Below, in pieces: positions 24,779 through 33,020 of a stretch of DNA of 33,020 nucleotides. The DNA comes from Elusimicrobiota bacterium (GTDB taxonomy: Bacteria > Elusimicrobiota > Elusimicrobia > UBA1565), in contig JBDRPD010000092.1 of the NCBI GenBank assembly GCA_043827405.1, positions 1-33,020 of the forward strand, written 5' to 3'. How positions within the stretch are numbered: the first letter of the stretch is position 1; each line of letters begins with the position of its first letter. The notes beneath the pieces were generated by a model, which saw only the letters and a list, made by a program, of their open reading frames with translations, was not told the origin of the DNA and ran no database searches. A program made the translations under genes and the position numbers.

Positions 24779-26326
24779 ATGGCACATCGGATACTGGTCC
24801 TGCGTTTGTCCTCCTTAGGCGACGTTGTCCTGACCGCCCCAGTCTACCGCAACATCAAGGCGCACTGGCCGGATGCCCATATCTGCGTCCTGGTGAAGCC
24901 GCCGTTTCTCCCGGTTCTGGAGAATAATCCTTACGTGGACGAAGTTATTCCGTTTATCGGACTCAAGCACGCCGTGCGCGAGATTCGCCGCCGCGGCTTT
25001 ACGCACCTGCTGGACCTGCACGCGACTTTGCGCACTTTCCTCATCCGCACCCTCTGCGGCATCCCGAACGTCGCGGTGTACCGCAAGGACGCCGTCGCCC
25101 GCCGGCTCTATGTCCTGTTTCGCTGGGCCTCTCCGGCGCTGACCAGGCATTCTTTGGACCGCTATCTCGAAAGCCTCAAGGCCTGGGGCGTACCTATACG
25201 CTTCCGCACGCTCTCTTTGGGCGATTATGGGAGCAAAGGCGGCAGGAGCAGGAAGCAGCCTGCTTCGCGCGTCCTGCTCCTGCAGACCTCTTTTCTCGGC
25301 GACACTCTGCTCACTTTGCCGCTGGCGAAGAAGATCAAGGAAGTGCTGCCGGGCTGCCACCTAACCGTGCTCACCCGGCCGCAGACCGCCGATATCTTCC
25401 GCCGCGGCCGGGAGATCGACGCGGTCATCGAGGACGACAAGCGCGGCCGCGACTCGGGGCTCGGCGGACTATGGCGGCTTTCCCGGCGGCTGAACGCGGG
25501 GAAGTTCGACCTCGCGCTCGTCGCCCACCGGAGCCTGCGCAGCGCTCTCGCCGTCTGGCTCGCCGGAATCTCCCATCGCATCGGCTTCTCGACCAGCGCC
25601 GGCTCGTTTCTCTTCCATGACACCGTCTACTTCCCCTGGGGCATGCCGGAACTCGAACGCAATCTGGCCCTGCTGCTGCCGCTCAAGCCCGACCTTAAGA
25701 CCGACAGCTCGGACTCGCTCTTCCTCAGCCGCCAGCAGGAGTCGAACCCCTCAGCCGCCGCCGCGATCAAGCAGCGCCTGCGCGCGAGCGGCGTGCGCGA
25801 CGGCGACCGTGTCGTCGGAGTGCACCCCGGCTCGGTATGGCCGACAAAGCGCTGGCTGCCGGCGCGCTTCGCCGCGCTCTGCGGGCGGCTGGCGCGCGAT
25901 GCCGGCGTCCGCATAATCCTGATCGGCGGCGGCGGCGACCGCGAATTGTGCCGCGGGATCGCCGAGCGCAGCGGCGCCGATATTATCGACTGGTCGGGCC
26001 GCACGACGCTTGCAGAGCTGCTGGCTCTGGCACCGCACCTCAAGCTGTTTATCACCAATGACTCCGGACCGATGCATATCGCGGCGGCGCACGGCGTGCC
26101 GACGATCGCCCTCTTCGGTCCGACGACGCGGGAGCTCGGGTTTTTCCCCTACGGCGAAGGACACCGCGTGCTGGAGGCCGAACTGGGATGCCGCCCCTGC
26201 GGGCTGCACGGCCGCCGCGCCTGTCCCGAAGGTCATTTTCTATGCATGCGGCTGATAACCGCCGGCGAGGTGTTTCGCAGCGCCGCGGACATGCTGGACA
26301 GGAAGACGGTTGAGGAGCCGGCGTGA
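24779..26326 (+). CDS. GT9 LPS heptosyltransferase (WaaF-like) with an extra N-terminal acceptor domain
   Basis: RILVLRLSSLGDVVL at the start and RVLLLQTSFLGDTLL from 25268. Single C-domain with HPGS.W.TKRW, GRTTL, TNDSGPMHIA, FGPT and CRPC..C..C. Confidence 0.9.
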   Translation: MAHRILVLRLSSLGDVVLTAPVYRNIKAHWPDAHICVLVKPPFLPVLENNPYVDEVIPFIGLKHAVREIRRRGFTHLLDLHATLRTFLIRTLCGIPNVAVYRKDAVARRLYVLFRWASPALTRHSLDRYLESLKAWGVPIRFRTLSLGDYGSKGGRSRKQPASRVLLLQTSFLGDTLLTLPLAKKIKEVLPGCHLTVLTRPQTADIFRRGREIDAVIEDDKRGRDSGLGGLWRLSRRLNAGKFDLALVAHRSLRSALAVWLAGISHRIGFSTSAGSFLFHDTVYFPWGMPELERNLALLLPLKPDLKTDSSDSLFLSRQQESNPSAAAAIKQRLRASGVRDGDRVVGVHPGSVWPTKRWLPARFAALCGRLARDAGVRIILIGGGGDRELCRGIAERSGADIIDWSGRTTLAELLALAPHLKLFITNDSGPMHIAAAHGVPTIALFGPTTRELGFFPYGEGHRVLEAELGCRPCGLHGRRACPEGHFLCMRLITAGEVFRSAADMLDRKTVEEPA

Positions 26327-27393
26327 GAGTACTGCACATCATCGACGAGCCCTACGACAGCGGCATAGTGCAGTACGCGCTGAAGGTCGCCGACGGGATG
26401 CGCCGGCGCGGCCACGAGAGCCGGGTATGGGGGCTGGAAAGCTGCTTTCCGGTACGCGAGGCGGAGCGCCTCGGCCTGCCGGCAGCCGGCTATACGCATC
26501 CATGGCTCAACCTGCCGACGCTGCGGCGACGGCTGCGCGAGGACGGCATCGAGCTGCTGGTCGCGCATACCGGCTCGTCCCACACCCTGGGCATCGCCGT
26601 CGCCGCCTGGCATGGCCCGCATCGAATCCCCGTAATCCGCACGCGGGGAGACGCCCGGCCGCTCAAACCGCGTCCCGGACGGCGTCTGCAGTGGAAGAAT
26701 TCGTCCGGCTTCATCGCCGCCAACCGAAGGATTCTCGAGGACCATCTCCGGTTGTACAACGGCATGAGCATTCCGGCGGAACTCATCTACGAAGGCTCGG
26801 CCGATCCCGGAGAAATGCTTCCCCCCGCCGGCGGCGCGCCCACGGTCGGGATTGTCGGCCGGCTTGATCCGGTCAAGGGGCATGCGATCTTCCTCGAGGC
26901 GGCGGCCATCGTCCTCAAGAGCTATCCGGACGCGCGCTTTATCATCGTCGGGCGCCAGGAGAACATCACTTCCGGCGATCTCCTGCGCCAAGCCCATGCG
27001 CTGAGCATCGCCGAGCGCGTCGAACTGACCGGCCATGTACCGAAGGTGGCGGACTATATGCAGCGCTGCCATATCGGGGTTATCGCTTCGCTCGGCTCGG
27101 AAGCCGTCTCCCGCGCCGCCGTGGAATGGATGGCGGTCGGCAGGCCGCTGGTCGCCACCCGCGTCGGCTGCCTGCCGGAGTACGTAGTAGACGGCGAAAC
27201 GGGACAGCTGGTGAATCCCCGCGACCCGCAAGCGCTGGCGGCGGCGCTCGGCAGGCTGATCGGCGACAGCTTTCTGCGCGAACAGCAGGGACGAGCGGCC
27301 CGGACGCGCTTCACCGAGCTCTTCACCCTGGACCGCTTTCTCGACCAAACTGAACGATTTTATGAGCGAACGCTTCAGCCTGTTTCATCTTGA
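26323..27393 (+). CDS. GT4 family glycosyltransferase
   Basis: VGRLDPVKGH, SEAVSRAAVEWMA.G.P (Ex7E), T.VG..PE.V.DGETG. Confidence 0.92.
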   Translation: MRVLHIIDEPYDSGIVQYALKVADGMRRRGHESRVWGLESCFPVREAERLGLPAAGYTHPWLNLPTLRRRLREDGIELLVAHTGSSHTLGIAVAAWHGPHRIPVIRTRGDARPLKPRPGRRLQWKNSSGFIAANRRILEDHLRLYNGMSIPAELIYEGSADPGEMLPPAGGAPTVGIVGRLDPVKGHAIFLEAAAIVLKSYPDARFIIVGRQENITSGDLLRQAHALSIAERVELTGHVPKVADYMQRCHIGVIASLGSEAVSRAAVEWMAVGRPLVATRVGCLPEYVVDGETGQLVNPRDPQALAAALGRLIGDSFLREQQGRAARTRFTELFTLDRFLDQTERFYERTLQPVSS

Positions 27394-28522
27394 CGGCGAG
27401 CGCGGGCTGCGCGGCGGCGAGCGGCAGCTGCTCTACCTCGCCGCCCATCTGCGCGCCGCAGGCCACGACAATACCGTCGTGTGCCGCCGCGGCTTTCCGC
27501 TCGACCGCGCCGCGCGGCGCCAGGGACTGCGCGTCTTGAACCTGCCTTTCCTGGGCGAATGGGATCCGGTCTCCGCTTGGCGGCTGCACGCCGCTGCTCG
27601 CGCGGCGCGGCATCCGGCCATCCTGCACGCGCATACGGGACATACGGCGCTGCTCGCCGCGATGGCGGGGCGGCTGGGCGGGCATCCCTGGGTCGTACAC
27701 CGCCGCGTGGATTTTCACCTGCGCAGCGGGCTAAGCCGCCGCTGGAAGTATGACGCCGCCTGGAGGGTTATCGCCGTCTCCGAGAGCATCCGCGGCGTCC
27801 TGAAAGACGACGGCGTCGCTGCGGAGCGCGTCACCGTTATTCCCGACTGCCTGCCGATCACCGCGCATGAAGCCGAGCTCGCCGGACTTGCCGGCGGACC
27901 GCTGTGCCCGCCGGAAAACGGCGCCCGCAGCTGCGCCCGCCGCGAGCTGGCACAAGCCTTCGGGCTTCCCGATGACGCGCCCTGGATCGGCAACCTCGCG
28001 GCCCTCGTGCCGCACAAGGACCAGGCAACGCTCCTACGCAGCATCCCGTTCGTGCGGCGTTCGCTGCCCAACGCCCACTTTGCCATCATCGGCGACGGCC
28101 CGCTGGCCGCTGAGCTGCGGAATCTCGCGGCGGACCTCGGCGTCCAGGACGCGGTCGTCTTCACCGGCTACGTGCCGGATCCGCGCCCCTGGCTGCAGGC
28201 GCTCGACGTTTACGTCCAATCTTCCTGGGGCGAAGGCATGGGTTCGGTCCTGTTGGAAGCGATGGCCTGCCGCATCCCGATCGTCGCCACCACCGCCGGC
28301 GGCATCCCTGAAGTCGTCGAGCACGGACGCACGGCGCTGCTCGTCGAGCCCCGCTCGCCGGAGCGCCTCGGCCGGGCGATCGCGGACGCTCTTATCGACC
28401 GCGACGGCGCCGCCCGCCGGGCCCGCGCGGCGCGCCAGGACCTCGACCTCTTCAGCCTCAGCCGCGTCAGCGGCCGGATCGCGGCGCTCTACGGCGAACT
28501 GCGGCCGGAGAAAAAGCCATGA
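27362..28522 (+). CDS. GT4 family glycosyltransferase
   Basis: RGGERQ, HAH, HRRVDF, LVPHKDQ, EGMGSVLLEAMA, GGIPEVV. Confidence 0.92.
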   Translation: MSERFSLFHLDGERGLRGGERQLLYLAAHLRAAGHDNTVVCRRGFPLDRAARRQGLRVLNLPFLGEWDPVSAWRLHAAARAARHPAILHAHTGHTALLAAMAGRLGGHPWVVHRRVDFHLRSGLSRRWKYDAAWRVIAVSESIRGVLKDDGVAAERVTVIPDCLPITAHEAELAGLAGGPLCPPENGARSCARRELAQAFGLPDDAPWIGNLAALVPHKDQATLLRSIPFVRRSLPNAHFAIIGDGPLAAELRNLAADLGVQDAVVFTGYVPDPRPWLQALDVYVQSSWGEGMGSVLLEAMACRIPIVATTAGGIPEVVEHGRTALLVEPRSPERLGRAIADALIDRDGAARRARAARQDLDLFSLSRVSGRIAALYGELRPEKKP

Positions 28523-29277
28523 GCCCCCGCCTGAGCGTCGTCATGATCGCTCGCGACGAAGAACGCGATCTCCCGGACTGTCTTAACAGCCTGCGCGCGC
28601 TGGAGGCCGAGATCGTCATCGTCGTCGATGATCGCTCAACCGATCAAACCAAGGCAGCGGCACGCCGCTTCACCTCGCACGTCTTCGAGCGGACCTTCGA
28701 CAATTACGCCGCGCAGAAGCAGAGCGCCCTGGAACGCGCCGCAGGAGAATGGGTGCTCTCAATCGACGCCGACGAACGAGTCTCCGCCGAATTGAGCGCT
28801 GAGCTGCTGGCGCTTTGCGCCGAGGGCGACAACGGCATTGCCGGCTACCAGATCCCTTTCGCGGTTCACTTCATGGGCCGGCACCTGCGCCATGGCGGGC
28901 TGGGCGGCGAGCGGCACCTGCGCCTGTTCCGACGCGCCGCCGGCCGCTTCGTCGGAGGAAGCCTGCATGAGGGCATTGAAGTCACGGGCGCAATCAGGCG
29001 CACCCGCGGCGCAATCGTACACCGGCCCTACCGCGACCTGGACGAGTATCTCGACAAGATGACCGTCTATACCACTAACGCCGCCCGCAAGCGCCGCGAG
29101 GCCGGCCGCCGCTTCACCGTACTGCATCACCTGCTGCCCTGCTGGGAGTTTTTCCGCCGCACCGTGCTCCGCCTGGGCATCCTCGACGGAACACCCGGAA
29201 TCGTATGGGCGGGGCTTTCCGCCTTCCATACTTGGGTCAAATATCTGAAGCTGCGCGAGCTGGAGAGAAACGCATGA
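28519..29277 (+). CDS. GT2 glycosyltransferase, WaaE/KdtX-like
   Basis: LSVVMIARDEE, DDRSTDQT, WVLSIDADE, LRLFRR, LHE, LGILDG..G. Confidence 0.9.
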   Translation: MSPRLSVVMIARDEERDLPDCLNSLRALEAEIVIVVDDRSTDQTKAAARRFTSHVFERTFDNYAAQKQSALERAAGEWVLSIDADERVSAELSAELLALCAEGDNGIAGYQIPFAVHFMGRHLRHGGLGGERHLRLFRRAAGRFVGGSLHEGIEVTGAIRRTRGAIVHRPYRDLDEYLDKMTVYTTNAARKRREAGRRFTVLHHLLPCWEFFRRTVLRLGILDGTPGIVWAGLSAFHTWVKYLKLRELERNA

Positions 29278-30089
29278 CGGGCATGGTCCTGGGAGCGGCG
29301 GGATTGGCGGCGGCGGCAGCCGCCTCGGCACGCTGGAACTGGTGGCGGCCGAAGCGCGCCGGGCTGCCCATCCCGATGTATCATCACATCGGAACGCCCC
29401 CGGCGACGGCGACGCTGCCGAAGCTTTGGGTACGGCCGGAGGATTTCCGCCGGCAGATGACCTATCTGCTGCGTCACGGCCACACCCCGCTGCTTTTTAC
29501 CGAACTCGACGCGGCGCTGCGCCGCAAGCGCGAACTGCCGGAAAAGCCGGTGCTCGTCACTTTCGACGACGGCTATGCCGACAACTATGAGCTCGCCTTC
29601 CCGATCCTGCGCGAACTGGGCGTCAAGGCGAATATATTCCTGGTTTGCGGCACGATCGGCCGGCACAACGCGTTCAGTGATCCGGACAGCGGACCCTGGG
29701 AGCGGATGCTCACCTGGGAGCGCATCTTTGAAATGCGGGACTCCGGCCTGTTGGAGTTCGGCTCGCATACCATGGGCCACGCGGACCTGCCGCGCATCGA
29801 TTTCGAGCAGGCGCGCTGGGAGATCGAGGAGTCTAAACGCCGGTTGGAAGAGCGGCTGGAGCGCCCGGTCACGGCGTTTGCCTACCCGTACGGCGCCGGC
29901 GCCTACGACCCCAAGCTGCGCGAAATCGTCCGCGTGTCCGGCTACCGCCTGGATTTCGCCATCCGGCAGGGTCTTTCGCCGCGCTCCTGGCACCACGAAA
30001 ACGGCCCGCTCAAGCGCCTGCTGGTGCGGGGAGACGACTTCCATTTCGACTTTCACCTGAACATGACGCGCGGGAAGGCGAGGTTTTGA
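29274..30089 (+). CDS. Polysaccharide deacetylase (CE4/NodB)
   Basis: PMYHHI, VTFDDGY, GSHTMGH, FAYPYG. N-terminal hydrophobic anchor. ATGA overlap at 29274. Confidence 0.92.
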   Translation: MTGMVLGAAGLAAAAAASARWNWWRPKRAGLPIPMYHHIGTPPATATLPKLWVRPEDFRRQMTYLLRHGHTPLLFTELDAALRRKRELPEKPVLVTFDDGYADNYELAFPILRELGVKANIFLVCGTIGRHNAFSDPDSGPWERMLTWERIFEMRDSGLLEFGSHTMGHADLPRIDFEQARWEIEESKRRLEERLERPVTAFAYPYGAGAYDPKLREIVRVSGYRLDFAIRQGLSPRSWHHENGPLKRLLVRGDDFHFDFHLNMTRGKARF

Positions 30090-31126
30090 TGCTTCCTGCA
30101 CCGCGCCGGATACTCATCATCATGCTCCGCCGCATCGGCGACGTGCTGCTGACGACGCCCGCGGCACGGGCGCTGCGCCGTCTCTATCCGACGGCGGTCA
30201 TCGACTTCCTCGCTGAACCGCCCGCGCATGAGCTGCTCGCCGGCAATCCGGACATCTCAAACGTGCTGGTATACCGCAAGGGAGCCCTGAACTACCTGCG
30301 CTGGCTCCGGCGCGTGCGCGCGGCCGGCTACGACTGGGTCATCGACTATATGGGCAACCCGCGGACCGCCGCGCTGACCTTCTGCAGCGGAGCGGCTTTG
30401 CGCGCCGGGCCGGGACATGTCGCTCACCGCTGGGCGTATTCCCGCCGGCTCCAGGAATCCGCGACGCCCTACTACAGCGCCCAAGAGAAGATTCGCGTGC
30501 TGGCCGGCCTGGGAATCACGCCGGATGAAGGCGACTGCCTGCCCCGCCTCGCCGCCGACGCGGAGTCGGAAAAATTCGCGGACGACGAGATCGCCAAGCT
30601 GCGGCTCAAGGGAGCGCCCCTGATAGGCCTGGTCCCGGCATCAAGGCGGAAGACCCGCCGCTGGCCGGCCGCCTCATATGCCGAGCTCGGACGCCGATTG
30701 CGCGACGGGGAGGGCGCCCGGCTCATGGTGTTTTGGGGTCCGGGAGAATACGAGCTGGCCCGGTCCGTGCGGGAAGAAATCGGGGCTGGCGCCGTCTGTG
30801 CGCCCGCAACGCCCCGCCTGCGCCAGTTGGCGGCGCTGATCAGCCGCTGCACGATACTGGTCACCAACTGCAACGGTCCCAAGCACATTGCCGTCGCCCG
30901 CGGCGTACCGACTTTGACGATCCACGGCTCCAGCGATCCCCGCTGCTGGAACCCTCAGGACCAGGCGCGGCATCCGGTCGTCCGCCGCGACGAGCTGGGC
31001 TGCATCGGCTGCCTGCGCAATTCCTGTCCCACCCGCATTGAATGCCTCAATGAACTCCCTGCGGAGCGGGTGTACGCCGCCGCGCGGAAACTGCTGCGGA
31101 CGGCGGGGGTATCCCATGAGCGCTGA
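30089..31126 (+). CDS. GT9 heptosyltransferase family protein
   Basis: RILIIMLRRIGDVLLTTP, RRWP, WGPGE, TNCNGPKHIA, CIGC..C..C. Confidence 0.9.
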   Translation: MLPAPRRILIIMLRRIGDVLLTTPAARALRRLYPTAVIDFLAEPPAHELLAGNPDISNVLVYRKGALNYLRWLRRVRAAGYDWVIDYMGNPRTAALTFCSGAALRAGPGHVAHRWAYSRRLQESATPYYSAQEKIRVLAGLGITPDEGDCLPRLAADAESEKFADDEIAKLRLKGAPLIGLVPASRRKTRRWPAASYAELGRRLRDGEGARLMVFWGPGEYELARSVREEIGAGAVCAPATPRLRQLAALISRCTILVTNCNGPKHIAVARGVPTLTIHGSSDPRCWNPQDQARHPVVRRDELGCIGCLRNSCPTRIECLNELPAERVYAAARKLLRTAGVSHER

Positions 31127-32207
31127 GTCCATGCGCAAACGGCTGCGCGAAACCGCGCTCGGACGCCTGACATTAACCATCCTGATGCTCCTCTACGGGC
31201 TGGGCGTGTCCATCCGCAACCTCCTCTACGACATCGGAGCTCTGCCGGCGAAAAGGCTGAAGGCCCGCATCATCTGCATCGGCAACCTGACGACGGGCGG
31301 CACCGGCAAGACGCCGGCCGTTTTGCTGGCGGCGATCACCCTGAGACAGCATCAGATCAAAACCGCGATCCTGACGCGAGGGTACAAGAGCAAGCCGAAA
31401 AAGCACGAAGTGCAGGTGCTGCTAAACACCAAGAACGTCTACTGGCAGGAAACCGGCGACGAGCCCTGGATGATGCACCGGGCCCTGAAAGGATTCGAGG
31501 TTCCGATCCTGGTGCATGCGGACCGCTATCGCGCGGGCGAGGCCGCCCTGACCTACTACGACCCCGAGGTGCTGCTCCTCGATGACGGGTTCCAGCACCG
31601 GCGGTTGAAGCGCGACCTGGACATCGTCCTGATCAACGCGCTGGACCCCTTCGGCGGCGAAAAGCTGCTGCCGAGCGGCAATCTGCGGGAGCCGCTCAGC
31701 GCGCTCAAGCGCGCCGGGCTGGTCGTCATAACCCACGCCGACCAAATCCCAAAAAGGCTGCTCAAGCGCATACGCGAGACGATACTGCGCGTCCATCCAG
31801 AGGTGCGGGTCCTCGAATCGGTGCACCGGGCAGACTTTCTCTTCGACCTAAGGGAGGACCGCCGCCGCCGGCTCGCCTATCTAAAAAACAAGACAGTCGC
31901 CTGTTTTTCGGCGATCGGCGACCCGGGCGCTTTTGAAGCCCTGCTGCAGCACACCGGAGCCCGCATCGTCCAATGCTGGCGCTTCGCGGACCACCACCCG
32001 TTTACCCGCGAGGAGATCCAGTCGATCGAGAACGTACGCGGCGGCGCGCCGGTGGTGACGACCCTTAAGGATTTCGCCCGGCTGCCGCCGGGCTGGCAGG
32101 ACATCCTTTCCGGCGACGTCCTCGCTCTCAGCATCAAGCTGGAGATCACCAAAGGCAAGAGCATCTGGGAGGAAGCGATCTGCAATGAACCAGCCGCCGC
32201 CAGCTGA
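31116..32207 (+). CDS. lpxK: Tetraacyldisaccharide 4'-kinase
   Basis: IGNLTTGGTGKTP, TRGY, GDEP, LDDGFQH, LLPSGNLREP, FADHH, TTLKD. Start set at ATG 31116. Confidence 0.95.
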   Translation: MSAESMRKRLRETALGRLTLTILMLLYGLGVSIRNLLYDIGALPAKRLKARIICIGNLTTGGTGKTPAVLLAAITLRQHQIKTAILTRGYKSKPKKHEVQVLLNTKNVYWQETGDEPWMMHRALKGFEVPILVHADRYRAGEAALTYYDPEVLLLDDGFQHRRLKRDLDIVLINALDPFGGEKLLPSGNLREPLSALKRAGLVVITHADQIPKRLLKRIRETILRVHPEVRVLESVHRADFLFDLREDRRRRLAYLKNKTVACFSAIGDPGAFEALLQHTGARIVQCWRFADHHPFTREEIQSIENVRGGAPVVTTLKDFARLPPGWQDILSGDVLALSIKLEITKGKSIWEEAICNEPAAAS

Positions 32208-33020
32208 AGCCGGCGCGCGCCAGATGAACGCCCGCAAGGCGCTTACAGCTTCCATCTGCCTGTTCGCCCTCGCCCTGCCGATCTCCATCGCCGGAGCGAA
32301 TATCGGCTGGGGGCTTATTCTGGCGAGCCTCCTGGCGTACCGCCTGCTCGGCGGCACGGTTCCGCTGACGGCCCGCAGCAGCGCCATTGAAAAGCCGCTC
32401 TGGTTCTTTCTCGCCGCCTCGGTCACCGCCTCCGCTTTCGGCGTAGCGCCGGCGCACAGCTTCCGCTTTCTGCATCAGGACGCGCATAAGCTCTGGCTCT
32501 ACACCCTGCTTATCATCGGACTTGCGACGCATGCCTCCGGCGATGACCGCTGGGACCTGAAGCCGCTGGTCTTTTTCGCGGCGGGCTTCGCCGTCGCCGC
32601 GGCGGTCGGCATCTACCAGTCCTGCCAGGTCAATCCGCAGCTCCCCGTCTGGGACCGCCCGCGCGCGCACGCCTTCGTCCACCCGGTCACCTTCGGCTGC
32701 CAAATGACGATAGCGGTGATCGGCGCGAGCTGTTTTCTCATGCAGCCTCCGCGCATATGGAGCGCCCCCCGCCACCGCGCCGCCGCAATGGGCCTCCTGG
32801 CCGTTTGCGGAACCGCGCTGTTTTTCAGCAATTCGCGCGGTGCGCTGTTCTCCTGTTTTCTCGCCCTCGCCGCGACCGCGCTGCTGCTGCCTCGGTCGCG
32901 CAAGATGCTCATGCCGGCGCTCGCCGTTGGCCTCGCGCTATTTTTCGCCGGCGAGCTCGCCCGGCCCGACCGGTCGCTTATCGCGGAGTTCGCCGGCTGG
33001 AAAACGCCGCTGCTGATTCA
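32185..33020 (+). CDS. O-antigen ligase (WaaL)-family membrane protein, 3' truncated by the window edge
   Basis: Not in the ORF track. GGAGG SD, then MNQPPPAEAGARQMNARKALTASICLFALALPISIAGANIGW..., many TM segments, RAHAFVHPVTFG and FSNSRGALF motifs, open to the window end. Confidence 0.8.
   Translation, partial: MNQPPPAEAGARQMNARKALTASICLFALALPISIAGANIGWGLILASLLAYRLLGGTVPLTARSSAIEKPLWFFLAASVTASAFGVAPAHSFRFLHQDAHKLWLYTLLIIGLATHASGDDRWDLKPLVFFAAGFAVAAAVGIYQSCQVNPQLPVWDRPRAHAFVHPVTFGCQMTIAVIGASCFLMQPPRIWSAPRHRAAAMGLLAVCGTALFFSNSRGALFSCFLALAATALLLPRSRKMLMPALAVGLALFFAGELARPDRSLIAEFAGWKTPLLI

Overview
GC-rich bacterial chromosome segment from a diderm (LPS-making) organism. Gene content and signal-peptide style suggest Elusimicrobiota, but that is inference only. 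Left third (1-12.6 kb): 5' end of a secreted protein, a cassette of three back-to-back perfect hairpins, a DUF350 + transglutaminase-like pair, a GldA/GldF/GldG-type ABC system, an HNH nuclease, a minus-strand operon (exported HEAT-repeat protein, then an M36/M4-like metallopeptidase with a T9SS-like/FlgD-Ig C-terminal domain, then a PorV/PorQ-family beta-barrel), tRNA-Arg(UCG) and an SDR. Middle: conserved yebC-ruvC-ruvA-ruvB-spoIID-queA-tgt-yajC-secD-secF cluster. Right: LPS cluster (DUF374 acyltransferase, waaA, a GT9 with duplicated acceptor domain, two GT4, GT2, CE4 deacetylase, GT9, lpxK, partial O-antigen ligase). No transposase, integrase, prophage or CRISPR array was seen. Best leads: the cargo + PorV-like gene pair, the triple hairpin cassette, RuvA with a remodelled non-acidic pin, the two-acceptor-domain heptosyltransferase, and repeated leaderless-type promoters.
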